Shown one piece after another: positions 27,393 to 36,297 of a stretch of DNA of 64,000 bases; positions within the stretch are counted from its first letter, which is position 1, and each line of letters starts with the position of its first letter. Position numbers and translations under genes: made by a program. Source of the stretch: an uncultured Trueperaceae bacterium (GTDB taxonomy: Bacteria > Deinococcota > Deinococci > Deinococcales > Trueperaceae). The stretch spans positions 32,001 through 96,000 of the forward strand of contig CAWFFU010000010.1 in assembly GCA_963815215.1 (NCBI GenBank), in the 5' to 3' direction. The notes below the pieces were generated by a model. The model was not told the origin of the DNA, searched no databases, and saw only the letters and a list, made by a program, of their open reading frames with translations.

Positions 27393-27989
27393 ATGAACAA
27401 GCCCCATATCGGCATCATCGTTGGGACGACGCGCGAGAAGCGCTTCGCCATGACCCCTTCAGTCTGGATCCGCGATATCGCGTCGCGGCGCGACGACATG
27501 ACGGTCGAGCTAGTCGACCTGCGCGATTACCCGATGCCCTTCTTCGACGAGCCCGCGTCGAACGCCCACACGGCGTCGCGCGACGAGGTCGCGCGGCGCT
27601 GGCAGGCCAAGGTGGGGTCGTTCGACGGCTTCGTCTTCGTCACCGCCGAGTACAACCACTCGATCTCGGCGGTCCTCAAGAACGCCCTGGACTATGCGGC
27701 GCCGGAGTGGCACCGCAAGCCCGCCGCGTACGTCGGCTACGGAGGCGTGGGGGCTGCCCGGGCCGTGGAGCACCTGCGCGGCATCCACGTGGAGCTCCAG
27801 ATGGCGCCGATGCGCACGGCCGTGCACATCGCCGGGGCGGACTTCATGGCGCTGCGCCGCGGCGACAAGGAACTGGCAGCGATGCCGCACCTGGCAGCCG
27901 GCGCCGAGGCCATGCTCGACCAGCTCGCATGGTGGGCGCAGGCGCTGAAGGCCGCGCGCCACGCGGACGGAGCGCTGGCCGCCGCCTGA
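27393..27989 (+). CDS. NAD(P)H-dependent FMN reductase
   Basis: IIVGTTR, TAEYNHSISAVLKNALD, GYGGVGAARAVEHLR. Confidence 0.93.
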   Translation: MNKPHIGIIVGTTREKRFAMTPSVWIRDIASRRDDMTVELVDLRDYPMPFFDEPASNAHTASRDEVARRWQAKVGSFDGFVFVTAEYNHSISAVLKNALDYAAPEWHRKPAAYVGYGGVGAARAVEHLRGIHVELQMAPMRTAVHIAGADFMALRRGDKELAAMPHLAAGAEAMLDQLAWWAQALKAARHADGALAAA

Positions 27990-28041
27990 GTGACCGCTCC
28001 TCGGAGGGTGACGCCGTGACACCCGCTCCGCGGTCGGCAGC

Positions 28042-30117
28042 TCACCAGGCGATCGGGCGGACCCGTTCGAACACGTAGCGGTCGGGTGGGCTGGTGAGCG
28101 TGAGGGTGGGAGCGCCTTCGGCGTCCTCGGTCAGGCTCAGCGGAAGCCCGGCCAGGGGTGGATCTGCAGCCAGATAGAGGACGCTGCCGTCGTCGGCCGT
28201 GTAGCGCCACAGGTCCGTCTTGAACTCACCAAGGTCGGCCACGAAGCGGCCATCGAGGAAGCTGAGCGTGAGGTCGCCGAGGGCCGCGTTGTGATAGGCG
28301 CCCAGGTGGGCGCTCACGGCGGCCGGATCGACGCGGGTGGATTCGTGCTCGGCCGCGCTCGCCAGGGCGTCGGCGGTCCGCTTCAGCGCGAAGTGGAAGT
28401 CGGCTGCGCCCGCGGCCGTGTCCTGGCCGAACGCCAGATCGATGACGCGGCGGATGACGGCCTCGTTGAAGACGTTGCTGGCGCGGGCGTTGGTGAGCAC
28501 GACCACGCCCAATCCCTTGTCCGGCAGGAGCGCCAGACCGGACGTGAAGCCGAAGGTGTTGCCGCCGTGCTCGATCTTGCGCAGCCCCTTGGTGTCGGTG
28601 ATCATCCACCCCAGGCCGTAGCTGGTGTCGGCGGAGACCTTCACCTGCGGCGTCCATAGGTGGTCCAGGGCGGCGGCGGAGACGATACGGCGGCCGTCGG
28701 GCGCTACCCCGCCCGCGAGCAGGGTGAGGAGGTAGCGGGCCATGTCGGGCGCCGTCGACCAGGTGGCGCCGGCCGGCGCCACGGGGTTGAGGAGGGCCTC
28801 CTCCGACAGCGCGATGGGCTGGCGTGCGCCACTCAGGGTCTGCCCGTGAGGGGTGGCGTAGTCACCGCGGGCCTCCACCTGGCGCGACGAGATGGTGGTG
28901 GCCCGCATGCCGATCGGGGTGAGCACGCGCGCCTGGAGGGCCGCGGCGTACCCCGGCAGCATGGCGTCCGGCCGTCCGCCCGCCGCGACGCCCGCCACGT
29001 AGCCGGCGGTCGCGACCATCTGGTTGGAGTACTGGAAGGTCTCGCCGAAGTCGGTGAAGAACTGGAAGTCGGCGAGCGAGCGCACTACGTCCTCCGCGCC
29101 GAGCGTGTGGGCGTTGAGGATGAACTCGTAGTCGCGGCGCGGGACTCCCGAGCAGGCGCACACCAGGTTCTGCATGGTGAGGGTCCGGCTGAGCTCCGGG
29201 TCGGCGACGCGGAAGCTCGGCAGGATGTCCGCCACCGGTGTGTCCCAGGCCATCAGGCCGTCGTCGACGAGCGTCGCCATCATCAGCGTGGTGAGCGACT
29301 TGCCGGTCGAGCCGATCATGAGCTGGGTGTCGAGCGTCATCGGTGCGCTCCGGCCGCTCTCCTTCACGCCGAAGGCGCGCTGGTAGGCGACGCGACCGTC
29401 CTGCACCACGGCGACCACGGCACCGGGAACGTCCGCCTCGGCCATGGCCCCGGGGACGAAGGCGTCCAGGTCCGCTGCGTCGGCTGCGCCCAGGGCGCGT
29501 GCCGGCGTCGAGGCGAGGTCGGTTCTGCTACGGGCCAGGATGTCGAAGCTGGAGACCAGCACCGCCACCTGCGCCTGGCGCCGCGCCAGCGCGTCCTGGG
29601 AGGCGTCCGCCATGACCGCATAGACGCGTCCTTGGAAGAGATAGCCGATGGCGAACACGACGCGGTCCTGAGGTGTCTTGTAGACGATCTGTGCGGCCTG
29701 CTCGATGCCACCGGAGACCGGCGGGTGCACCTCGTCGGCGACCTCGAGAACGAATCCGGGGAGGGCCAGCTGCCAGGCCTCGGCGATACCCGCGACGACC
29801 TCGTCGGCCGGCACGCTCACGAGCCAGGCGCGGAGTTCGCCGTCGGGGCCCGCGAGCGCCAGGGCGTCGCCCTGGTCCCAGCGCGACCAGCCGGCGGGGA
29901 CGGTCACCTCGAAGCCACGTTGCGCGTCCCGGTACGGCGTGTCGCCGGCTGCGACCTGTACGTCGCCGCGTCCCTCCTGCGCGTGCGCTGCCGGGGAGGC
30001 GGCGAGGCCGGCGCCGGTCAGGATCAGCGCGATCAACAGCCGGCGGAGGGAGGAAGGGCGCAGTGCGCGGCGCGCTCTCTGCCGCGCGCGCCCTCCGGGT
30101 GGGACTCGAGCTGTCAT
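28042..30117 (-). CDS. exported serine hydrolase (beta-lactamase family) with N- and C-terminal extensions
   Basis: signal peptide; IGSTGK (SxxK), FQYSN, HGGNTFG. Confidence 0.9.
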   Translation of the reverse strand: MTARVPPGGRARQRARRALRPSSLRRLLIALILTGAGLAASPAAHAQEGRGDVQVAAGDTPYRDAQRGFEVTVPAGWSRWDQGDALALAGPDGELRAWLVSVPADEVVAGIAEAWQLALPGFVLEVADEVHPPVSGGIEQAAQIVYKTPQDRVVFAIGYLFQGRVYAVMADASQDALARRQAQVAVLVSSFDILARSRTDLASTPARALGAADAADLDAFVPGAMAEADVPGAVVAVVQDGRVAYQRAFGVKESGRSAPMTLDTQLMIGSTGKSLTTLMMATLVDDGLMAWDTPVADILPSFRVADPELSRTLTMQNLVCACSGVPRRDYEFILNAHTLGAEDVVRSLADFQFFTDFGETFQYSNQMVATAGYVAGVAAGGRPDAMLPGYAAALQARVLTPIGMRATTISSRQVEARGDYATPHGQTLSGARQPIALSEEALLNPVAPAGATWSTAPDMARYLLTLLAGGVAPDGRRIVSAAALDHLWTPQVKVSADTSYGLGWMITDTKGLRKIEHGGNTFGFTSGLALLPDKGLGVVVLTNARASNVFNEAVIRRVIDLAFGQDTAAGAADFHFALKRTADALASAAEHESTRVDPAAVSAHLGAYHNAALGDLTLSFLDGRFVADLGEFKTDLWRYTADDGSVLYLAADPPLAGLPLSLTEDAEGAPTLTLTSPPDRYVFERVRPIAW

Positions 30118-30345
30118 GGGACCCCCTTCGGTGCCGGCGGGACGTCGTTCCCGCGTGTGGGCGGATGCACCCACTCGATGGGGCCGCGAGCTGGTCGCGG
30201 CCGCGGGTAAGGGTAGGGTCTGCGGAGCGGTCCGCGCCAGAGGCAGATGGCCCGTGCCGGGCGCGCCCGCGGCCGACCTCCGTGAGCCTCGGGATGGTGG
30301 CCGCGCACGATCCGGCCGGGCACTAGCTGGATCAGGTCCTGCTCT

Positions 30346-31245
30346 CTAGCCGCGGGTCTCGAGGTCGGTGAGCACCTCGCCGATGACGTGTCGGGCGCTT
30401 GCTGCGAGGGCCGGGTTGGTGTGCTCGTAGTACGGGAGCTGGATCAGGGCGACGGAGAGGGCCTGACCGCGGCCGCGCTTCCAGGTGTCGGGGTCGACGC
30501 CCAGGGCGGTGCGGTAGGTGTCCCGGGCGCCTGGCGGCAGGAGCGTCCAGGCGATGAGCATATCGGCGGACGGGTCACCGATGCCGGCGCTGCCGAAGTC
30601 GATGACGGCATCGAGGCGGCCGTTGTCGATGAGGAGGTTCCCGGGTGCGAGATCGCCGTGGATCCATACCGGCGGCCGGGGCCAGGGCGGAGTGGCAAGG
30701 GCATCGTCCCAGGCCGACACAACCCCTTGGATGTCCACCTTTCCGCGGAGTTGGGCGATGGCAGCGCGGGTCTCCGCATCCCGCTCGATGAGAGGCACGC
30801 CCCGTCCGCTTGGCGGCGCATGCGTGGTGTCGATCCGTCGAAGCGCGGTGACGAAGGTGGCCAGGTCGTGGGCGAGCGCCGTTGGGTTGGGGATGGCGCC
30901 GATGCTGGGGTTCTCCCCGTCGAGCCAGCGGTAGATCGACCACTGCCACGGGTAGCCCGTACCGGGGCGGCCCAGCGCCAGAGGCGTAGGTATGGCGACC
31001 GGGAGATGGGGGGCGAGTCTGGGCAGCCAGTGCTGCTCCTTCTCGACGTCGGCGGCGGCCCAGTGGATGCGTGGCAGCCGGATGAGCATGTCGTGACCGA
31101 GGCGGTAGAGCGCGTTGTCGGTGCCGGCGGAGGGGACCCGCGCGACGGGGAGCACCGCCAAGTGCGGGAACTGCTCTGCGAGGAGGCGCCGGACGAGCGC
31201 GTCATCGGTAGGGACTTCGTCGCTGTGCATCGTGGTCGGCGTCAC
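30346..31245 (-). CDS. aminoglycoside phosphotransferase (APH/choline kinase) family protein
   Basis: GTDNALYRLG, HGDLAPGNLL, IDFG. Confidence 0.92.
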   Translation of the reverse strand: MTPTTMHSDEVPTDDALVRRLLAEQFPHLAVLPVARVPSAGTDNALYRLGHDMLIRLPRIHWAAADVEKEQHWLPRLAPHLPVAIPTPLALGRPGTGYPWQWSIYRWLDGENPSIGAIPNPTALAHDLATFVTALRRIDTTHAPPSGRGVPLIERDAETRAAIAQLRGKVDIQGVVSAWDDALATPPWPRPPVWIHGDLAPGNLLIDNGRLDAVIDFGSAGIGDPSADMLIAWTLLPPGARDTYRTALGVDPDTWKRGRGQALSVALIQLPYYEHTNPALAASARHVIGEVLTDLETRG

Positions 31246-31350
31246 GGTGGGCCTCTCGTGGCGGCGCGCTCATGGGGCGTTCGCCTACCGTTGTCGGGGC
31301 GAAACGGCTGTGCCGCCGGTCGCTGCGATCGCCGCGTTGGCGTCACTCGA

Positions 31351-31968
31351 CTAGCGGTGCGACCAGTCGCTCGGATCGTCGGTTGCGCTGGGCGACAGGC
31401 CGAGCGTGTCCCCTTCGGTGGTGACCCCCAGGCCTAGCACGGTGCGGTTGGCGTACGCGAAGTAGGCGATCACCTGGTTCGCCTCCAGGATCTCGCCGTC
31501 GCTCATGCCCTCGGCGCGCATGGCGCTGACGACTCCTTCGTCGAGCTCGCCGGGGCGCAGCGTCAGCACCTCGGCGTAGCGCAGCATCGCCAGCTCGCGC
31601 CCGTCGAAGGCGTCCGCCGGCCGGCGCCGCCGCAGCGCCTCCAGGACGGTGTCGGCGCGGCCGTCGTCGTCGAGCAGGCGCCGCAGACCCGAGAAGTGGT
31701 GCTCGACGCAGTAATCGCAACCGTTGAGGAGACTGACGTAGACGCCGGCGGTCTCCAGCAGCCAGCGAGGCAGGGTGTTGCGGGCGTGGTGCAAGGTCGC
31801 TTTGTAGAGGGCCAGGTGCCCCTCCATGGTGTGCGGGCGCAGGCTGTGCGCCTGCATGATGTTATCGACGCTGCCGTCCGCGCCGCGGATGCGCCGGTAG
31901 AGCTCGGCCAGTCTGCCGGTGGCGTCCTCGAAGGGGATGGTCTCGATCCAGCGGATGGGGTGGCCCAT
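31351..31968 (-). CDS. peroxidase-related AhpD/CMD family protein
   Basis: VDNIMQAHSLRP, NGCDYCVEHH, YANRTVLGLG. Confidence 0.9.
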   Translation of the reverse strand: MGHPIRWIETIPFEDATGRLAELYRRIRGADGSVDNIMQAHSLRPHTMEGHLALYKATLHHARNTLPRWLLETAGVYVSLLNGCDYCVEHHFSGLRRLLDDDGRADTVLEALRRRRPADAFDGRELAMLRYAEVLTLRPGELDEGVVSAMRAEGMSDGEILEANQVIAYFAYANRTVLGLGVTTEGDTLGLSPSATDDPSDWSHR

Positions 31969-32009
31969 CCGGGACTCTACCGTGACCGGGATCACGAGCA
32001 GCGTGCGTC

Positions 32010-32609
32010 CTAGGCTCTTCCTTCGCGGCACCCGCCTTCGTCGATCGGCGCGGCTCGATGTCCCTGGAGGAACGCATCCGCCACCGCCACGGGGTCGAAG
32101 GCGGGCGCCCCCGTCTCGGCCCCGCCCCGTCGCCACAGCCCCTCGGCGAGCATCGGGGCGATCAGGAACACGACCTTCTGGAAGGGATCTCCGGAGCCGA
32201 TGCTGCCTCGCTCCTGGTGGATCGCGACGATGCGCGCCGCCCGCTGCAAGTTGGGCAAGAGCGTAGAGACGGCCGCACGCAACTCGGGGTGGCGGGGGAT
32301 CTCGGTCAGCAGGGTCACGACCGCGTCGCCGTAGCTCTGGTTGGTTCGCGCGTACGCCCGAACGATGGCGGCGAGGTCGGCCCGGACGTCGTCGCTCGCC
32401 TCGAGTCGACCGAAGGGCGTCCTTGCGAGGACGTGGCTCAGAGCAGCCTCGATGAGCGCGGCCTTGGTTCCGAAGCGGCGGTACAACGTCACCTCGTTGA
32501 CGCCCGCTCGAGACGCCATCTCCTTCGTCGTGGCGGCGCCGAAGCCGTGCTCGGCGAACACCCGCACGACCGCGTGGAACAGGCTGTCGAGATCGATGAC
32601 CTTGGGCAT
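32010..32609 (-). CDS. TetR/AcrR family regulator
   Basis: FAEHGFGAATTKEMASRAGVNEVTLYRRFGTK. Confidence 0.92.
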   Translation of the reverse strand: MPKVIDLDSLFHAVVRVFAEHGFGAATTKEMASRAGVNEVTLYRRFGTKAALIEAALSHVLARTPFGRLEASDDVRADLAAIVRAYARTNQSYGDAVVTLLTEIPRHPELRAAVSTLLPNLQRAARIVAIHQERGSIGSGDPFQKVVFLIAPMLAEGLWRRGGAETGAPAFDPVAVADAFLQGHRAAPIDEGGCREGRA

Positions 32610-32645
32610 GGGCCCCCTGACTCGCGGCGCTACCGCGACACGCCA

Positions 32646-32667
32646 ATTGTAAGTCATCACTTGCAAT
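32646..32667. promoter_or_regulatory. candidate TetR operator in divergent promoter
   Basis: ATTGTAAGT-CATC-ACTTGCAAT. Confidence 0.7.
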
Positions 32668-32764
32668 AATGCCAGGGTTCGGCTACCGTGGAACCGTCCG
32701 GGCGGCCGCCATCGTGCGGTCAGAGCGCAAGCCCAGTCCAGAGGGCCTACGGCGAGGTGCGAGC

Positions 32765-33949
32765 GTGGCGAAGATCGGGGTAGCCAAGGGCGCAGGCGTG
32801 CCAGTGGAGCACTCGCTGCTGTGGCGCATCAAGGTTCGGCTCCAGTTCACGGGCTGGCTCCAGTACGTCCCCAACGCCGCGGTGGCGTTCGCATTCCTGA
32901 TCCTGGCGGCTCTGGGAAGGCGGATCGGCGTGTGGCCGGTCGTCCTGTTCTGGACACCGGCGGGCCTTGGCGGCCTGCTTCTGGCCAATCTCGGCTTCGA
33001 CCTCGTCACCGTCAAGCTGGGGATCCACCGTTCCGAGTCCGTGCCCGGCGCGAGGGACGAGCTGGCCCCCTTCGATCTGATGCGTTCGCGCCGCTCCTGC
33101 CGCTCGTTCCAGTCGCGGGACCTCCGTAACGACCACCGCGCCGCCGTCCTGGCGTCCGTCCTCGCGCACACCGCACCGGACGTCCTGATCGGCGAGCGCC
33201 CCATCCGTTTCGAGTACATCGCGGCGCCGCTCACGGTATGGCCCGTCGTGGGCGCCCACGAGTTCCTGGTAGCGATCGGCCCGCGTGCGTACGACCGGAT
33301 GGCGAACATCGATGTCGGCCGCAGCCTACAGAGGGTGGTGCTCGACGCCACCCGCATGGGCGTGGCGACTTGCTGGATCGGCCCCGGTGCCGATCACACG
33401 AGCGTCGTCCGTCATCTCGGAGACCGCTTCGACCCCGAGGCGGACCACATCGTCTGCGTCTGCGCCCTGGGCTACCGGTCGCGCTACGTACCCGCGTTCA
33501 GCCGCGTGATGAAACTCGCGCAGCATCGGCGCCTGCCGCTGACGTCGCTGTTCTTCGCCGGTCCCGACTTCCGCGAGCCCCTGGATATCGCGGCGCTGCC
33601 GTTCGTGGCCTTCCAACGTTGCTACGAGGTTTGCCAGTGGTCCCCGTCGTCCTACAACAGCCAGACGACGCGTTGCGTGGGTGCCGAGGAGACGCACGAC
33701 GGCGCCCTTCGGGGCCTCCGGTTCGACTTCTACGCTGCTACGGCCTCACGCTTCTACGCGCCCGTGGCGCTGGGGATCTGGTGTGCCGACTGGGAGGCCG
33801 GCTGCGAGGCGCTGGGCATCGAGGGGCACTTCGACGTGCTGCCGGCCGAGGCGCGCGCGGACCGCCCGGCCCACGACGTTCCACGCTACGACGTCAGCTG
33901 GGTCGCCGAGGATCCCCGAGGGCTCGTGGCAGGGTCGACCCGCGCCTAG
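32765..33949 (+). CDS. membrane-anchored nitroreductase family protein
   Basis: two N-terminal TM segments; RRSCRSF, ATRMGVATCWIG, SPSSYNSQ. Confidence 0.8.
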   Translation: MAKIGVAKGAGVPVEHSLLWRIKVRLQFTGWLQYVPNAAVAFAFLILAALGRRIGVWPVVLFWTPAGLGGLLLANLGFDLVTVKLGIHRSESVPGARDELAPFDLMRSRRSCRSFQSRDLRNDHRAAVLASVLAHTAPDVLIGERPIRFEYIAAPLTVWPVVGAHEFLVAIGPRAYDRMANIDVGRSLQRVVLDATRMGVATCWIGPGADHTSVVRHLGDRFDPEADHIVCVCALGYRSRYVPAFSRVMKLAQHRRLPLTSLFFAGPDFREPLDIAALPFVAFQRCYEVCQWSPSSYNSQTTRCVGAEETHDGALRGLRFDFYAATASRFYAPVALGIWCADWEAGCEALGIEGHFDVLPAEARADRPAHDVPRYDVSWVAEDPRGLVAGSTRA

Positions 33950-34069
33950 GCGCGACCGGCGGCCGCCCCCCGACATGGATGGGCACGGCCACTGGGTTAG
34001 GATGCTCGCCACAGCAACAAGATCGGCCGTCGGCCACTTGCTTCGTAGCTCAAGAACGGGGTCTGTATT

Positions 34070-36157
34070 GTGAAGCGTCTTCTTGTCGGATTCGTGTCGT
34101 GGGTCGCGCTTGCGATCGTCTTGGCGGGCTGCGCGTCTTCGAGCTCGGGTTCCGTGTCGACCAGCACGTCGTTCGTGTCGTTCCCCGGAACGACGTCGAG
34201 CACGGTCTCGGTCACTGCGAACAGGTCCTGGAGCGCGACGACGGATCAGTCGTGGTTGAAGCTGAGCCCGAGCTCCGGCTCGCACTCAAGCGCGGTGACG
34301 CTCACCGTGGACCGCACGGGCCTGCAGCCCGGCTCGTACGCCGGCACGGTGCTGGTGCAGAGCGGCAACGCCAGCAAGGCTGTCACGGTCTACATGCGCT
34401 TCGCTTCCGTGGCGGGGAACATCACCGGACCGGCCGGGCAGATCCTGCCGCAGAGCGTGGTTACGCCCCAATCGATCTCGGCGTCCGCCTCGTACGTGCC
34501 GGGGCAGGTGCTGGTGAAGGTGTCGTCGGCGTTCCTGGCGGTGCAGGGTCTGGCGCCCCAGTCCGTGGGTGGTCGGCTCGCGCCGCAGTCTGTGACGCCG
34601 CAAGCGGTGCGCAGCGCGGCCGCCACCATCGCCCAGGCACACGGGCTGAGTGTGCAGAGCCTCATCGCGCCCGGTTCTTCGTGGACGGTGGTGGATACCC
34701 GTGGTCAGGCTGTGCCGCAAGCCGTCTCGGCGCTGCTGAGCGACGCGCGCGTGGCCGCGGCGCAACCCAACTACCTGCTCCACCTGAGTTCGGCCGCCTT
34801 CCCGGCGGCGACGTCGGGCATCGCCCCGCAGGCGGTTCCGTCCGATCCGCTGTTCGCGGACCAATGGGACATGACCGTCCTCGGCATGCCGGGGGTCTGG
34901 GACACGCTGACGGGCAGCAGCGATGTGGTGGTGGGGGTGGTGGACAGCGGTGTCATGGTCTCGCACCCCGACCTCCAGGCCAACGCGCCGTATGTCGGCT
35001 ATGATTTCGTCCTCAACCAGGCCGGAGCCACCACGCCCGCTTCCGACGGCGAGTACCACGGCACCCACGTTGCGGGCACCATCGGCGCGGTAGCCGGCAA
35101 CGGCGTCGGCGTGGCGGGCATGAACTCGCATGTCAGCCTCCTGCCGGTGCGGGTGTGCGACGCCACGGGCTGTCCTACCGCTGCCACCCTTCGCGGCATA
35201 GAGTATGCCGCGGGCCTTTCCGTCTACGACGGGAACAACGTTCTCGTCACGCCGCCAGCGCAGGCGCGCGTCATCAACCTCAGCCTGGGAGCCTCCGTCC
35301 CCTGGGGGATCGCGGACGCCGTAGCCGCCGCAGCCGGGAACGGCACCGTGGTGGTGGCGGCCGCCGGGAACGACGGCACCAATTGCACGAATCCGCCGCA
35401 GTACGACACCGGCCGCTCGCCGTCCCTGGTCGGTTATCCGGCGGCGAACCCGGACACGATCGCGGTCGGTTCGGCGGACTACGACCGGGGGGGTGCCGGC
35501 TCGTGGGCCGTCAGCTGCTTCTCCGATGCGGGCGCACCCAACGGCGGGCAGGGCGTGACGGTCGTGGCGCCCGGTGGCTTCCTCTTCGACAACGGCACGC
35601 CCGTGGCGCCCCCTGTCGGCATGTTCAGCGGCGGGTGGGCCGGACTCGGTGTGGTCAGCACCTGGTGGGACAACAGCTCCCTTCCGGGCTCGCCCACCTA
35701 CGCGTCGCTGGTCGGCACGTCCATGGCCACCCCGCATGTGGTCGGCCTGGTGGCGCTGATGCTGGCGGAGAACCCGGCGCTCACCCCCACGCAGGTGAAG
35801 CTGGCGCTCGAACAGACCGCCACCGGCCCCGCGAGCTACGACACGTATGTGGGCTACGGCATGGTCGCGCCGAGCAGCGCCATCGACCTGGCACGCAACA
35901 GCGCCACCGCCAGAGCCAGCGACTTCGTCGTCAGGCTCATGCAGGGCGGCACGCTCGTCGAGCAGGCGCGCGCCGATGCCGGCGGGGACTTCACCCTCGC
36001 CAACGTACCGTCCGGTTCGTACACGCTGGAGGCCGGCAACGACGCCAACGGCAACGGCGCGCTCGGAGACGTCGGCGAGTTCTACGGGCAGACCGCTGTC
36101 ACGGTCGACAGCAGCGGTGACGTCACGGGTACCGGGCTCAACGTGCAGTTGCAGTAG
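34070..36157 (+). CDS. S8 subtilisin-like serine peptidase lipoprotein, paralogue 2
   Basis: lipobox VLAGC; VVDSG, HGTHVAG, GTSMATPH; colinear with 17903-20035. Confidence 0.95.
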   Translation: MKRLLVGFVSWVALAIVLAGCASSSSGSVSTSTSFVSFPGTTSSTVSVTANRSWSATTDQSWLKLSPSSGSHSSAVTLTVDRTGLQPGSYAGTVLVQSGNASKAVTVYMRFASVAGNITGPAGQILPQSVVTPQSISASASYVPGQVLVKVSSAFLAVQGLAPQSVGGRLAPQSVTPQAVRSAAATIAQAHGLSVQSLIAPGSSWTVVDTRGQAVPQAVSALLSDARVAAAQPNYLLHLSSAAFPAATSGIAPQAVPSDPLFADQWDMTVLGMPGVWDTLTGSSDVVVGVVDSGVMVSHPDLQANAPYVGYDFVLNQAGATTPASDGEYHGTHVAGTIGAVAGNGVGVAGMNSHVSLLPVRVCDATGCPTAATLRGIEYAAGLSVYDGNNVLVTPPAQARVINLSLGASVPWGIADAVAAAAGNGTVVVAAAGNDGTNCTNPPQYDTGRSPSLVGYPAANPDTIAVGSADYDRGGAGSWAVSCFSDAGAPNGGQGVTVVAPGGFLFDNGTPVAPPVGMFSGGWAGLGVVSTWWDNSSLPGSPTYASLVGTSMATPHVVGLVALMLAENPALTPTQVKLALEQTATGPASYDTYVGYGMVAPSSAIDLARNSATARASDFVVRLMQGGTLVEQARADAGGDFTLANVPSGSYTLEAGNDANGNGALGDVGEFYGQTAVTVDSSGDVTGTGLNVQLQ

Positions 36158-36297
36158 TCGTGCTGTAGCCGGCCAACGAACCGGCCTTCGTTCCTCGGGG
36201 CCGACGGCCTCGCTCAGGCAGCTCACGCCGTGCGCGATCACGAACGGCCCGCCACCCGCCCCGAGCCGCCGTGTATGGTGGCCCCAGGTTCGCGACA

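Noticed and set aside
21063..31245. Antibiotic-resistance island (beta-lactamase-like and APH genes)
   Set aside because: These are broad superfamily members; nothing in the sequence identifies them as true resistance enzymes.
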